From an uncultured Lachnospiraceae bacterium (GTDB taxonomy: Bacteria; Bacillota; Clostridia; Lachnospirales; Lachnospiraceae): a stretch of DNA of 64,000 nt. Below are positions 9,809 to 19,239 of this stretch, piece by piece. The notes beneath the pieces were generated by a model. It did not search any database and had not been told where the DNA came from. It was given only the letters and a program-made list of their open reading frames with translations. Location of the stretch: NCBI GenBank assembly GCA_910587935.1, contig CAJUNP010000013.1:2070-66069 (forward strand). The letters are read 5' to 3'. Position 1 is the first letter of the stretch. Every line of letters starts with the position of its first letter. Made by a program: the position numbers and the translations under genes.

Positions 9809-10291
9809 TCAGTCCAGACACATGACAATGATCCGTCTTGGCGTAGTCTGCGCCGGAATACTGCGGGTGGTGGTGGAGTAATACACTAAAAGCCAATTAT
9901 TTCCGGGGTTACAGCTGAACGTTTGTCCGTTGCAGGTTGTAACCATGGTGGAAGATGCAATGTTTAATTTTAAGGTATTGTCGCGGTTGACAAGATTCTC
10001 ATCAAAATACATTAAATCAACAAATTCCTGCGGTGATTTCTGAGAAATAACCAGAGCCCTGTATTGAGGCGGAAAAATCAGGGGAACCGGCGCGTCGGCA
10101 TCGTAGAAAGCAATGACAGACATTCCTTTTCGCAGACGAAGATTATTAACGACATAAGTGTCGGGTCCCAGTATCATATTTACGATTCCGTTTCTGGTAA
10201 CGATCGAAACCTCAAGGGTGCAGCACTGATCCGTGACATTGGTAACGTTCTGGACCAGGCCGGTGACAGAAGCATAATTCTGAACAGCCAT
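9809..10291 (-). CDS. Hypothetical protein (160 aa)
   Basis: Good RBS (GGAAAGGAG, 6 nt) before ATG 10291. Co-directional with and 32 nt upstream of the NYN gene. No recognisable motif. Confidence 0.5.
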   Translation of the reverse strand: MAVQNYASVTGLVQNVTNVTDQCCTLEVSIVTRNGIVNMILGPDTYVVNNLRLRKGMSVIAFYDADAPVPLIFPPQYRALVISQKSPQEFVDLMYFDENLVNRDNTLKLNIASSTMVTTCNGQTFSCNPGNNWLLVYYSTTTRSIPAQTTPRRIIVMCLD

Positions 10292-10342
10292 ATAAGGCTC
10301 CTTTCCTAATTCTTTTCTCTTATTTTATGATAAGAAAGCTTC

Positions 10343-10776
10343 TTAGTTCGTCAGTTCCCGCTTCATTTTCATAAATACAGGCACATACATCGCCATAGTA
10401 AAAAGCATCATAACAATGCACATACCACAGAATAAGTTTACAAAAAAATCCGACATATCCGTTACCGTGACAAAAATCAGAAGCGCTGCAAAAATCAGAG
10501 CGGCGCACACCTTTCCAAACCACATGGCTCCGTTTAACATTTTTCCCCGTCTTAAAAACAGAATACCCATAATGCCCATAAATCCTTCCTTTATAACGGT
10601 GAGCGCAACTAAAATCCAAAGCTGCGGATAGCGGGAGCAGAGACAGAGCATGACTGCAAAATGCGTCAGCTTATCTGCGACAGGATCTAAAGCTTTCCCG
10701 AGACGTGAAATCATATTAAATTTTCTTGCAATTTTTCCGTCCAGAAAATCGGTCTTGGTATTAAAACTCCTGTTCC
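10343..10776 (-). pseudogene. 5'-truncated CDP-alcohol phosphatidyltransferase (PgsA-like) gene
   Basis: The reading frame encodes the complete family motif DGKIARKFNMISRLGKALDPVADK (D-G-x2-A-R-x8-G-x3-D-x3-D). However, it is open for only 12 codons upstream of the DG before an in-frame TAA (10777-10779). That stretch has no ATG, GTG or TTG. The first ATG (10714) lies inside the motif, and the expected N-terminal TM helix is absent. Confidence 0.55.
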
Positions 10777-10937
10777 ATTACTGTGTCTGATTATAGCATA
10801 TTTTTAGTAAATATGGTGAATAAAGATATAAAAAAGTTAAATTTTAAAATGTTTTCTATGCAGCCTGATAAAAATGAGATATAATAGTGAAAATAACACT
10901 AAAATTTCGTTTTGTAGCAGGAAGGAGAATTAAATCT

Positions 10938-13900
10938 ATGTTAAAGCGATTGTTAACTGTTGTTTTAGCTGGCTGTCTGGCGTTTGATGCGGCCCCGATG
11001 ACGGCTTTTGCAACAGAAGCGCTGCCTGTCGTGACTGTGGAAGACAGCACGGAAGAGGCGGCGGAGTCAACGGAACAGGAAGAAGACGTTGAACCGGCGG
11101 ATATTTCCGGAAACGCCGCGCCGGAAGACGGCGGGGAGTCTGCCGGGGAAGCTTCCGGTGAGGAAGAGTCTTCGGAGGAAGAAAGTATTCAGGAAGAAAA
11201 TCCGGAGGAAACCGGGCCGGAAGAAAGCATACCGGCGGAGGACATCATTCCGGAACCGGATGCGGATATTCCCGCGGAAATCTCTGAAGAGAGCGGTATG
11301 GCGCCGGAAGACGCCGATGTCTTTCTGGAGCTGGCCGAAGATACGGGGAGTGATGTAACGCCCCTGAAATATGGCGAAACCAATTCTGTAACGGCGCCCT
11401 ATGACACGACGAATTGGTATTCTTTTACGGCTCCTGAGGACGGGTATTATGATTTCTATGCCAGTGCGGCGAAGTCTGAAATATCGTCTTATGCGTCTGC
11501 CTACTTAGATTTGTATGATGCTGTGGATGGCAGACAGTTAGCGTCTGAATATGTAACCTCTTCCGCGCCTGGCATATTGGCGGGTGATTCTTTAATGAAA
11601 GCGGGGGATACCCTGTATTTGAAGACATACCACTACAGCAGCGGCAGCGGCGATGTAGCCGTCAGCTTGGATGTCAGGAAACGAACCACATTTTTGACGG
11701 AACGGGAGGACGGAAGCTATTCTTATGAGACGGAAGATTATAAGCTTCTTATAGAACCGGAAGCAGGATATTACAATCTTCGTTTCCATATCAGCATGGC
11801 GCCTCCGGAAGGAAAAACACTGGGGAACTATTCATTGCAATGCAGTGCGGTTAGAATGGGCAGTGGGATAGAACGCAGTGCAGATTTCAGCGCACTTTAC
11901 CCTGACAGAATCATTGACATTCCGGTAGAGACAGGAACAGAATACAAAATACAGCTTATTCTGAAGGATTCTGAAGGAAATAGTCTGGTATTATCACCGG
12001 AAAACGGTAGTCTCGTAATGTGCACCCAGTGGACGGAAGAGCGGCTGGTTGTTGTTGACGAGAACACAAGATCCGAAATGAACCAAATCGTTTTTGATAT
12101 TGACACTTCCGACTATTTAAAGTGTTACTATGCTCCTGCGGACGGCTCCGAGGAAGAAAAGGAGAAGAGTTCGTATAAAATCGGGCGGTTTGAATGGTCC
12201 TTTTCAAATCTGCAGCCGGATACGGAATATTATTTTCAGTTTACCGATCAAAACGGTACGATGCTTCTGGAAAAAAGAGTATCCACCAGTGCGGGTACAA
12301 TGAAAACGGAATACCGTGCGGAGGCTTATTTAAATGATTCCGGGCAGACGGAATTATCTCTGGAGGCGGATGTATCCGGTTATGAGGGGAATACAGGGTT
12401 TGCGTATCTGTATTATGAATATACCGATGCATTAGGAAGAAAACAGTCGGGTTCACAGTATAAAGATCTCAGTGAGATTGCCGATGGCCGCTTTACAATA
12501 AATAAAAATATTACGGATGCGGTGTTAGAGGCGGATAAGCAGTATGATATTACCGTATGGATTAAGTTGGGAGATTTAACTTTCAAAAAGGAAATAAAGA
12601 CAATTACTGCTCCTGCCGCGGCCTTTGATCCGGCGAATCTGGGCTTTAGCGTGGAAGCCGATTCGGAACAAAATACCGCGGCCGGTTATACGGTACAGTT
12701 ACCGGCGGAGTCACGCGGCAGTATCGCAGGGAATATATTTTACAGACCGTGCGGCAGTCAGGAACCGTACCGCTCTAAGACAGTTACGCTGTCTTCGGCG
12801 GATACATATGTGTCAGGGACAATAAGTGGCTTGCAAGCCGGTGGTAAATATGAATTTATTCTCTTTTTGGGCGGTGTACGGAAGGAACAGACAGTAACGC
12901 TTAAGGACGGCAGCCTGAAGCTTACGCAGATTGGCGACGGGGAAACCAATGCGTTTGACCTTGTGCGTACCTGCAGGGTGGAAAGCGAGAATCCGGAAGA
13001 ACTGGCTGAAGAATATTATTTAAACCTTGCTTATTGGTCAGGCAGCTCTTACTCCGGTCTGGGCAGTCCTGTTGTTTTGAATGCGGAGAATCAATATCAG
13101 GCGGAGATAAAGACCACTTCCGGCAAAATGTTGGAGCCGGATACGGATTATCATTTGAGATGGACAGTCAGTACGACACAGTACGGATCGGCAGTATGTA
13201 CGCTGTATGAGACCGTGCATACAAAAAAAGCGGAACTCGTATGGGAGTCAGTAAAAAGTTTCTATAACGAACAACAGTACAAGATAAGTTTAAAAGAAGA
13301 AGATACGGTCAATTTCGGGGAATCTGCCGGTAAAAGCGTATATTTATACGCATATATGAGAAAAACCGGTGAAACCGGCTATCGGAATACGGGAAAAAGC
13401 GTATATTTGTCAGGAGATAATAAATATAGCGGTACGATCAGTTTCCAGGGACTGACGGAAGAAACTTCCTATGATATTTCTTTGCGCAGCAATTCCGGCA
13501 GGGAATATGACGCCGTGTCATTTACGACTCCGAAGGATACGAGAAATCTGTATGTGAAGAGCGAAAAGCCGGGAATTCATAAAACCGAAATTAATTATGC
13601 GATGGACGGTATTGACCAGGGAATGTCCGGCTATGTATCTATTTACATCCGTGAAAAGGGCGCGCAAATCTGGGAGAAATCCGACAGTAGTTATTTTAAT
13701 GGCCCGAGTACATATGAAAGGTATTTTAATATCACCCGCTACAATGAGGCGGAGTTAAAAGAGAATACGGTTTACGAATATCAGATGGGATTTGGCGGCA
13801 GTTACAATACGCCGTTGGCAGAGCTTGAAAGAATCGTTACCGGAGAATTTTTAACGGGAAAAGATACACGAAGCTTATCGGGTGCAGGTATATCGGCAGG

Positions 13901-16900
13901 TTACCGGAAAGCGGTCGTAAGCGCTCTCTTCAGCGGCGGAGATATACCGGACGTATATTCGTATATTTACTGTTTTTACAAAGAAAAAGGGAAAGCAGAC
14001 TGGAGCCGGGCCGGCAATTATGTATATGGGACAGGCTATGCTTCCCTCGACTGCAGTTGGAATTTGAATTCGTTAAAAAGCGGAACAGCTTATGATTATG
14101 CAATTGTAATTTCGGAGGACTGGAATTGTTATAGTCCCGATACGGTAGAGGAAGGAAACCGGAAGATTTCAGGCGGATTTAAGACGAAAGAGTGCGGGTA
14201 TACTCTGAGCTTTGCTGTGGATCAGAGTAAGACTACCAACAGCAGGGCGGTGGTTGGCGTTACCGCGGGCGGCAGCACGGAGGATTCAAGAATTGAAGTT
14301 TCTCTCACCTTAAGCGACGGCCAGCAGAAGAAAATTACTTTAAAGCAGGCGGAAGATTATAAGAAGGACGTTGTTTTTACAGACCTGCTCGGCGGAAGGG
14401 AATACACGATTGTCAGCGCGGCAGTCAGTGTAAAGGAAGACGGCAGTCTGGTAACGATCGGGGAACTGCCCTGCGATTATAAATTTACAACTCCGGAAGC
14501 ACAGATACCGGATACCGTTACCTTGTCTGAACAAAATATTACCCTAAATGCGGCAGGCGGTCAGAATTATCTGGAAGGATGTAATTGTATTACTCTGAAA
14601 GCAGACGTAATGCCAAAAACAGCCGCCGCGGATTTTGTATGGAGCAGCAGCGATGAAACAGTGGCCGAGGTATCAGCGGACGGAACGGTTTACGGCGTTG
14701 GAGTCGGCAATGCGGTGATTACGGCCGTGTCCGCTTATGATACGTCAATTAAGGCGTCCTGCGAAGTAACCGTTAAAAATTATGTAATCGGTTATCAGGA
14801 TGAGCCGGGAGCAGTTCAGACCCTGGAAAGCTTTACTTATAATTGGAAGCTCTATAAGGGTTCTTCCATAAAGGGAATCGGATATTATGAGCAGGCCGCT
14901 GACGGAAGCCTGACGCTTTTGCAGGATTATACGGTAAATCCCGTAAAAAGAAATATTGTTTCCTGGAAAGATGGAAATCTGTTTGCGGAGAACACCGGTT
15001 CAACAAGGATTATATTTGAAAAAGACGGCTGCCGGGCGGCATTTACGGTTACCGTAACCGCTGCCGGAAAAGGCTTTGGAATTATTGATTTTATAAGCGG
15101 CAATAATGCTTATCCTGCCGTAAAGACGGAAAACGGATATATTTTGGCGCTTGCGGACGGAATCGATTACCGGGCAACGGGAAAAATCAGTCCGGAGCAG
15201 AGTTTCCAGCCCTATGACTTTAACTGGAGCTCATCCGACCCGGAGACGGCTAAGGTAAGCGGTGCAGGAATTGTAACGCCCTTAAAGGCAGGCGCGGTAA
15301 CCATAACGGTAACGCCGAAAACGTTTCTTGCCGACGAACCGTACATACAGGAAAAAGTGGAAGTAAAACTGGATATTCGGGAGCTGCCCGCGGGAGCGGA
15401 TAACCTTAGCATGTATGCGCTGGCAAATGTAAGTAAAAAGCTTGGCGACGTAAAGTTCCCGAAGGATTGGGAAAGCGGCTGGAGCTGGAAATATCCGGAT
15501 ACGCCTCTCGTAACTAACGGCGTCAATAAGGAGTCCTACGCTTTTGAAGCGGTGTATGGCGGCGACAGGAATTATCCTGTGGAAAAAACGATTAATATAT
15601 ACATCGGGAAAATTACGGCGGTATCCGTAAGCGAAATAGGAAACGGCCATAATCAGGTGCTGGAAGCAGGCGGCAATGATTCGATAGAGCTTGCGGTCAG
15701 TCCCGTTTATCAGGGAAAAATTTCAAAAGACGAGTATACGGTAGAGTTTCCGGCGGTGCAGGGTCTTACCGTTACAAAGAATGATGAAAACGGAACCTGG
15801 CTTGTAACAGCGCAGAAAAAGGGAAATTATACACTGAATCCGGTTATTAAGTCGGGTGATACAGTGCTTGCAAAAACAAGTTATAAAATCAAGGCAGTGG
15901 AAGAAAAGCAGGTTGGTTCCATAACCTTTACGACCGATACGGAAGGTGTGACAATCGACGGAAATACGGTTATATTTGATGCTTCCGCAGACCGGAAGGA
16001 TTTCATCCTGCGTGCGGAGGTTAAGGACCGGTACGGAGAAGACATACAGACAGCGTTACAATGGAAGACCACGGATAAAGCGGTGGCAGCGGCAGCCCCT
16101 GAATCAAAAGACAATACGCATACGGCAAAGGTCAGTGTGAAAGAAGAAGGTCATGCCGTGATTATGGTGAATGCGAAGGATGCCGCCGGACTGCGTGCGG
16201 AACTGAACGTGGAAATCCGGAATCATATGCCAAGAATCGATACGGATAAGGCGGTTGTAAATATTGCTTATGATTATTCGTCCAATGAAGGAAAAGCTAA
16301 GGCGGTAACGGCAGGCGCAGTGGAAATTGTACCGGTATATGGAGAAGCGGTCAGCAGCGTAAGACTATATGATCAGAACGGGGACAATGAAGTAACCGAT
16401 TTGAAGATCGACCGTTACAACGGATATAAATATCTGATTGAACCGGCTGAGGCTGAGATCCGTACGGGGGTTTATGACTGTACTCTGCGTGTGCAGACGA
16501 CCAGGGGAACGGTTTATGATTATACATTGAAAGTAACCGTTGTGGACAATGCGCCCACCGTTTCCGCAAAGATGGGAAGCCAGGCCAACTTATTTTTCAC
16601 ATACACAACGGGCCAGATCGATCTTGCCGTATCCGGCAGCAACAGAGTCAGGGCGGTAAGCTGGGAAGATGCTTCCGCCGGAGCGGGCAATGGATTTACG
16701 ATGGCTCCGAGATATCGGTCAAGCGGCAAAATCAGGAATTATGTCCTTGTATCGCAGCAGAATATTAAAATGCAGCAGGGAAGTCTTGTCGATCCTCTGA
16801 TTGCCAAAGGAAAACTGACGGTCAGGCTGGAGGGTTACAGAAAAGAATATACATTTGATAACTTTGAAATCAAGTACCAATACAAGAAACCGGTTCTTGT

Positions 16901-18194
16901 TACAAAGAGCGCATCCAGTTCGATTGCGCCTGCGATCGGGTTGAACAGCGGCCGTTTCTATTTATTTGACAATACAAACAAAAGATATTTATATTATCAG
17001 GATTCAACTGCAAGTTACTGTTTTGACGAAATAGAGTGCGACAGTACAGATATGGAATTCAGAACATCCGTTGGCTCCAGTGAGGTAAATTACACCTATA
17101 GCGGTGAGGAAGGTACGAAAAAGCTTACGCTAACCGTGGATTCCGAATACTGGCGGGAACCTCTGAAGGCAGGCCATACTGTTAAAGCTGCGGCGCCGAA
17201 GGCTTATTTATCCACGGGACGTCTGACTTATAACACAGCGGTAAAAAGTACGGCATCCGTATATGTACACTTAAAAAATATGAATTCGATAGACTGTACG
17301 GATATTGTGATTGAAGGAGCCAATGCCAAATCGCAAAAGCTTCTGGATGACGATTTGTTTGTAATGACCGCGCAGGGCAATCGGATTGAGGTAAAGCAGA
17401 GTCAGGCGGATTTGATGAAATCTGCGGTTCCCAAGGGAAGCTATAGCTATAAAATAACGCCTTATTATGGCGAGACGGCATTAAATACCATGAAGCTTAC
17501 AATTAAGGTTGTGGATAAACCGGTTACCGCCAAAATAAGTCCGAAAGGAAGCCTGGATCTGGCAAACGGAACATTCTCTTCGTTGAATTCGCGGAAAAAT
17601 GTGGTAGTAGTCGATCCCAAGTTCAGTAATATGAGCGACGGATGTTATGTGTCCGATTATAAACTGACAGGAGAATACAGCGAATATTTTGATTTGGATT
17701 ATGATTATCAGAATACATCGCCGTACGGTTATCATTACTATATCAGCATCCGCTCGTCAGGAAAGCTGAAAGCTGGGCAGACCTATAAGCTGGCGGTGCA
17801 ATATACCGTTACGACAGGCAGCGGCGAACGGTTTACGGTAACCAGTAATACGTTTAAGATAAAGCCGAAGCAGTCGAAAGCAAAGGTTAAAATCGTGAAT
17901 AATAACCAGACCCTGTATGCGGCATCGGAAATGTCCAGAAGCTATTCGTTGTCTGTTCCGGCATATTATACGATAGAAAGCGCGTCAGGCAGTCTTGACT
18001 GCAACAAAGACGGAAAAGCAGATATTGTGGTAAGCGGAGGAAGAACTCTGACGGTGCGCATTACCGATCAGGACGCAGTAGGCGCTTCCGTAAAGGGAAA
18101 GGCTTACAGTATTCCGGTTACGGTCAGACTGCAGGGAAGAGACGGCATCAGTATGGATGTAAATATAAAAGTTAAGGTTAAGATTAAACGTTAA
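10938..18194 (+). CDS. Giant secreted/cell-surface repeat protein (acidic linker, PPC-like module, about 10 FN3-like modules, several Big_2 Ig-like domains)
   Basis: ATG 10938 lies 8 nt after GGAGAA, giving 2418 aa. Signal peptide MLKRLLTVVLAGCLAFDAAPMTAFA. A roughly 100-aa E/S/P-rich stretch follows. Repeated beta-sandwich signatures include TEYYFQF, GGKYEFILF, TDYHLRW, TSYDISL, TVYEYQM, TAYDYAIV and REYTIVS. Big_2-type segments include FVWSSSDETVAEVSADGTVYGVGVGNAVITAV, FNWSSSDPETAKVSGAGIVTPLKAGAVTITV and LQWKTTDKAVAAA. I see no LPXTG, SLH or choline-binding anchor. Confidence 0.85.
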   Translation: MLKRLLTVVLAGCLAFDAAPMTAFATEALPVVTVEDSTEEAAESTEQEEDVEPADISGNAAPEDGGESAGEASGEEESSEEESIQEENPEETGPEESIPAEDIIPEPDADIPAEISEESGMAPEDADVFLELAEDTGSDVTPLKYGETNSVTAPYDTTNWYSFTAPEDGYYDFYASAAKSEISSYASAYLDLYDAVDGRQLASEYVTSSAPGILAGDSLMKAGDTLYLKTYHYSSGSGDVAVSLDVRKRTTFLTEREDGSYSYETEDYKLLIEPEAGYYNLRFHISMAPPEGKTLGNYSLQCSAVRMGSGIERSADFSALYPDRIIDIPVETGTEYKIQLILKDSEGNSLVLSPENGSLVMCTQWTEERLVVVDENTRSEMNQIVFDIDTSDYLKCYYAPADGSEEEKEKSSYKIGRFEWSFSNLQPDTEYYFQFTDQNGTMLLEKRVSTSAGTMKTEYRAEAYLNDSGQTELSLEADVSGYEGNTGFAYLYYEYTDALGRKQSGSQYKDLSEIADGRFTINKNITDAVLEADKQYDITVWIKLGDLTFKKEIKTITAPAAAFDPANLGFSVEADSEQNTAAGYTVQLPAESRGSIAGNIFYRPCGSQEPYRSKTVTLSSADTYVSGTISGLQAGGKYEFILFLGGVRKEQTVTLKDGSLKLTQIGDGETNAFDLVRTCRVESENPEELAEEYYLNLAYWSGSSYSGLGSPVVLNAENQYQAEIKTTSGKMLEPDTDYHLRWTVSTTQYGSAVCTLYETVHTKKAELVWESVKSFYNEQQYKISLKEEDTVNFGESAGKSVYLYAYMRKTGETGYRNTGKSVYLSGDNKYSGTISFQGLTEETSYDISLRSNSGREYDAVSFTTPKDTRNLYVKSEKPGIHKTEINYAMDGIDQGMSGYVSIYIREKGAQIWEKSDSSYFNGPSTYERYFNITRYNEAELKENTVYEYQMGFGGSYNTPLAELERIVTGEFLTGKDTRSLSGAGISAGYRKAVVSALFSGGDIPDVYSYIYCFYKEKGKADWSRAGNYVYGTGYASLDCSWNLNSLKSGTAYDYAIVISEDWNCYSPDTVEEGNRKISGGFKTKECGYTLSFAVDQSKTTNSRAVVGVTAGGSTEDSRIEVSLTLSDGQQKKITLKQAEDYKKDVVFTDLLGGREYTIVSAAVSVKEDGSLVTIGELPCDYKFTTPEAQIPDTVTLSEQNITLNAAGGQNYLEGCNCITLKADVMPKTAAADFVWSSSDETVAEVSADGTVYGVGVGNAVITAVSAYDTSIKASCEVTVKNYVIGYQDEPGAVQTLESFTYNWKLYKGSSIKGIGYYEQAADGSLTLLQDYTVNPVKRNIVSWKDGNLFAENTGSTRIIFEKDGCRAAFTVTVTAAGKGFGIIDFISGNNAYPAVKTENGYILALADGIDYRATGKISPEQSFQPYDFNWSSSDPETAKVSGAGIVTPLKAGAVTITVTPKTFLADEPYIQEKVEVKLDIRELPAGADNLSMYALANVSKKLGDVKFPKDWESGWSWKYPDTPLVTNGVNKESYAFEAVYGGDRNYPVEKTINIYIGKITAVSVSEIGNGHNQVLEAGGNDSIELAVSPVYQGKISKDEYTVEFPAVQGLTVTKNDENGTWLVTAQKKGNYTLNPVIKSGDTVLAKTSYKIKAVEEKQVGSITFTTDTEGVTIDGNTVIFDASADRKDFILRAEVKDRYGEDIQTALQWKTTDKAVAAAAPESKDNTHTAKVSVKEEGHAVIMVNAKDAAGLRAELNVEIRNHMPRIDTDKAVVNIAYDYSSNEGKAKAVTAGAVEIVPVYGEAVSSVRLYDQNGDNEVTDLKIDRYNGYKYLIEPAEAEIRTGVYDCTLRVQTTRGTVYDYTLKVTVVDNAPTVSAKMGSQANLFFTYTTGQIDLAVSGSNRVRAVSWEDASAGAGNGFTMAPRYRSSGKIRNYVLVSQQNIKMQQGSLVDPLIAKGKLTVRLEGYRKEYTFDNFEIKYQYKKPVLVTKSASSSIAPAIGLNSGRFYLFDNTNKRYLYYQDSTASYCFDEIECDSTDMEFRTSVGSSEVNYTYSGEEGTKKLTLTVDSEYWREPLKAGHTVKAAAPKAYLSTGRLTYNTAVKSTASVYVHLKNMNSIDCTDIVIEGANAKSQKLLDDDLFVMTAQGNRIEVKQSQADLMKSAVPKGSYSYKITPYYGETALNTMKLTIKVVDKPVTAKISPKGSLDLANGTFSSLNSRKNVVVVDPKFSNMSDGCYVSDYKLTGEYSEYFDLDYDYQNTSPYGYHYYISIRSSGKLKAGQTYKLAVQYTVTTGSGERFTVTSNTFKIKPKQSKAKVKIVNNNQTLYAASEMSRSYSLSVPAYYTIESASGSLDCNKDGKADIVVSGGRTLTVRITDQDAVGASVKGKAYSIPVTVRLQGRDGISMDVNIKVKVKIKR

Positions 18195-18206
18195 TAGGCC
18201 ATAATT

Positions 18207-18248
18207 AAAAAGGAACCGTATTGTTACAGACAGTACGGTTCCTTTTTG
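18207..18248. terminator. Bidirectional rho-independent terminator between convergent genes
   Basis: AAAAGGAACCGTA (18207-18220) pairs with TACGGTTCCTTTT (18234-18246). Confidence 0.8.
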
Positions 18249-18258
18249 GCTAAAAATA

Positions 18259-19239
18259 TCAGCGTTTATCAAGCGGTAAATCATTATTAATAATTTCAAA
18301 TTCCTGAACGCCGATATAACCGGGCCCGATTTCATATTTGGGGAAAACAACAACCGGATTGCCGGCCGCGTTTATATAAAACTTTGTCGTTTCGTCCACG
18401 GTGGTGAATCCTTCCGTAAAACTGTCCCCGTCGTTTCTTCCCCAGTAGACATATTCGTTTTTTTCAATCCGTTCTTCAATCTGTTCATTAATGGCGGCGT
18501 TGGCAATCTGCACATAGTCGTCGCCCAGGATATCCTGCAGCGTGAGGCTGCGGTTATTTTTCAGATCCAGATTGTAATATACCCGTTCTTCGGAATAGGC
18601 CGCCCAGCTCTCGGAATTATAGAGAACCAGAGAAAGATAAGGACCGTATTGATACTTTACGTCATAGGTTACCGTAATATCTATAGGATGTTCGTTCCAC
18701 TCTTCTTCGGTTCCGCCCGTTTCCAGAAACGCTTGTTTATATTCTTCCACCTGTGTTTTGGCAGTTTCAATATAAGTATCTACAATCTTCTGAATTTCCG
18801 CGTTGATATCGGCGATAAAGTCTTCCGTTTCCTGACTGGGGGCGGAGGATTCTCCGTTTTGTATGGTTTCGTCTGTATTTTGCTGAATTTCCGGAACTTT
18901 TACCGTGATGTTGGCGATATCTTCCTTTTCCGTATAAGAGCGAACGGTCAGAACCCTGGAAAGGGCGCCAAGCACCGGAATATCCGAAAGCGCTTCCGCA
19001 AAAGCCTGGCTGGTATTCAGGCCGATGGTGGCTGCCGCAAGCAGAGCGGCGGCTATGCTGCCGGTATATTTAATAATTCGCATGGCCTTCTGTTGCCGGC
19101 TTCTTTTTAACAGCTTCCTTTTATTGACGGAACGGATGGATCGGCTGACCACGTCCGCTAACTCTTCAGGTATTTGAATCCGGTCGTAAATCTCTTTCCC
19201 GGAAGCCATGGTTTCAAGATCTGTAGTATATTTTTTCAT
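18259..19239 (-). CDS. Anti-sigma factor, RsiV-like (DUF4163/DUF3298 extracytoplasmic domain)
   Basis: 326 aa. Short cytoplasmic N-terminus and a single TM helix (YTGSIAAALLAAATIGL). The extracellular region carries family-typical DINAEIQKIVDTYIE ... YLSLVLYNSESWAAYSEERVYYNLDLKNNRSLTLQDILG ... FYINAAGNPVVVFPKYEIGPGYIGVQEFEI. Its start abuts the stop of the sigma gene. Confidence 0.75.
   Translation of the reverse strand: MKKYTTDLETMASGKEIYDRIQIPEELADVVSRSIRSVNKRKLLKRSRQQKAMRIIKYTGSIAAALLAAATIGLNTSQAFAEALSDIPVLGALSRVLTVRSYTEKEDIANITVKVPEIQQNTDETIQNGESSAPSQETEDFIADINAEIQKIVDTYIETAKTQVEEYKQAFLETGGTEEEWNEHPIDITVTYDVKYQYGPYLSLVLYNSESWAAYSEERVYYNLDLKNNRSLTLQDILGDDYVQIANAAINEQIEERIEKNEYVYWGRNDGDSFTEGFTTVDETTKFYINAAGNPVVVFPKYEIGPGYIGVQEFEIINNDLPLDKR

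Noticed and set aside
11089-11358. 89-aa Arg/Lys-rich ORF and the antisense 11189-11383 ORF
   Set aside because: They are alternative-frame readings of the GAA/GAG-rich acidic linker of the giant surface protein.
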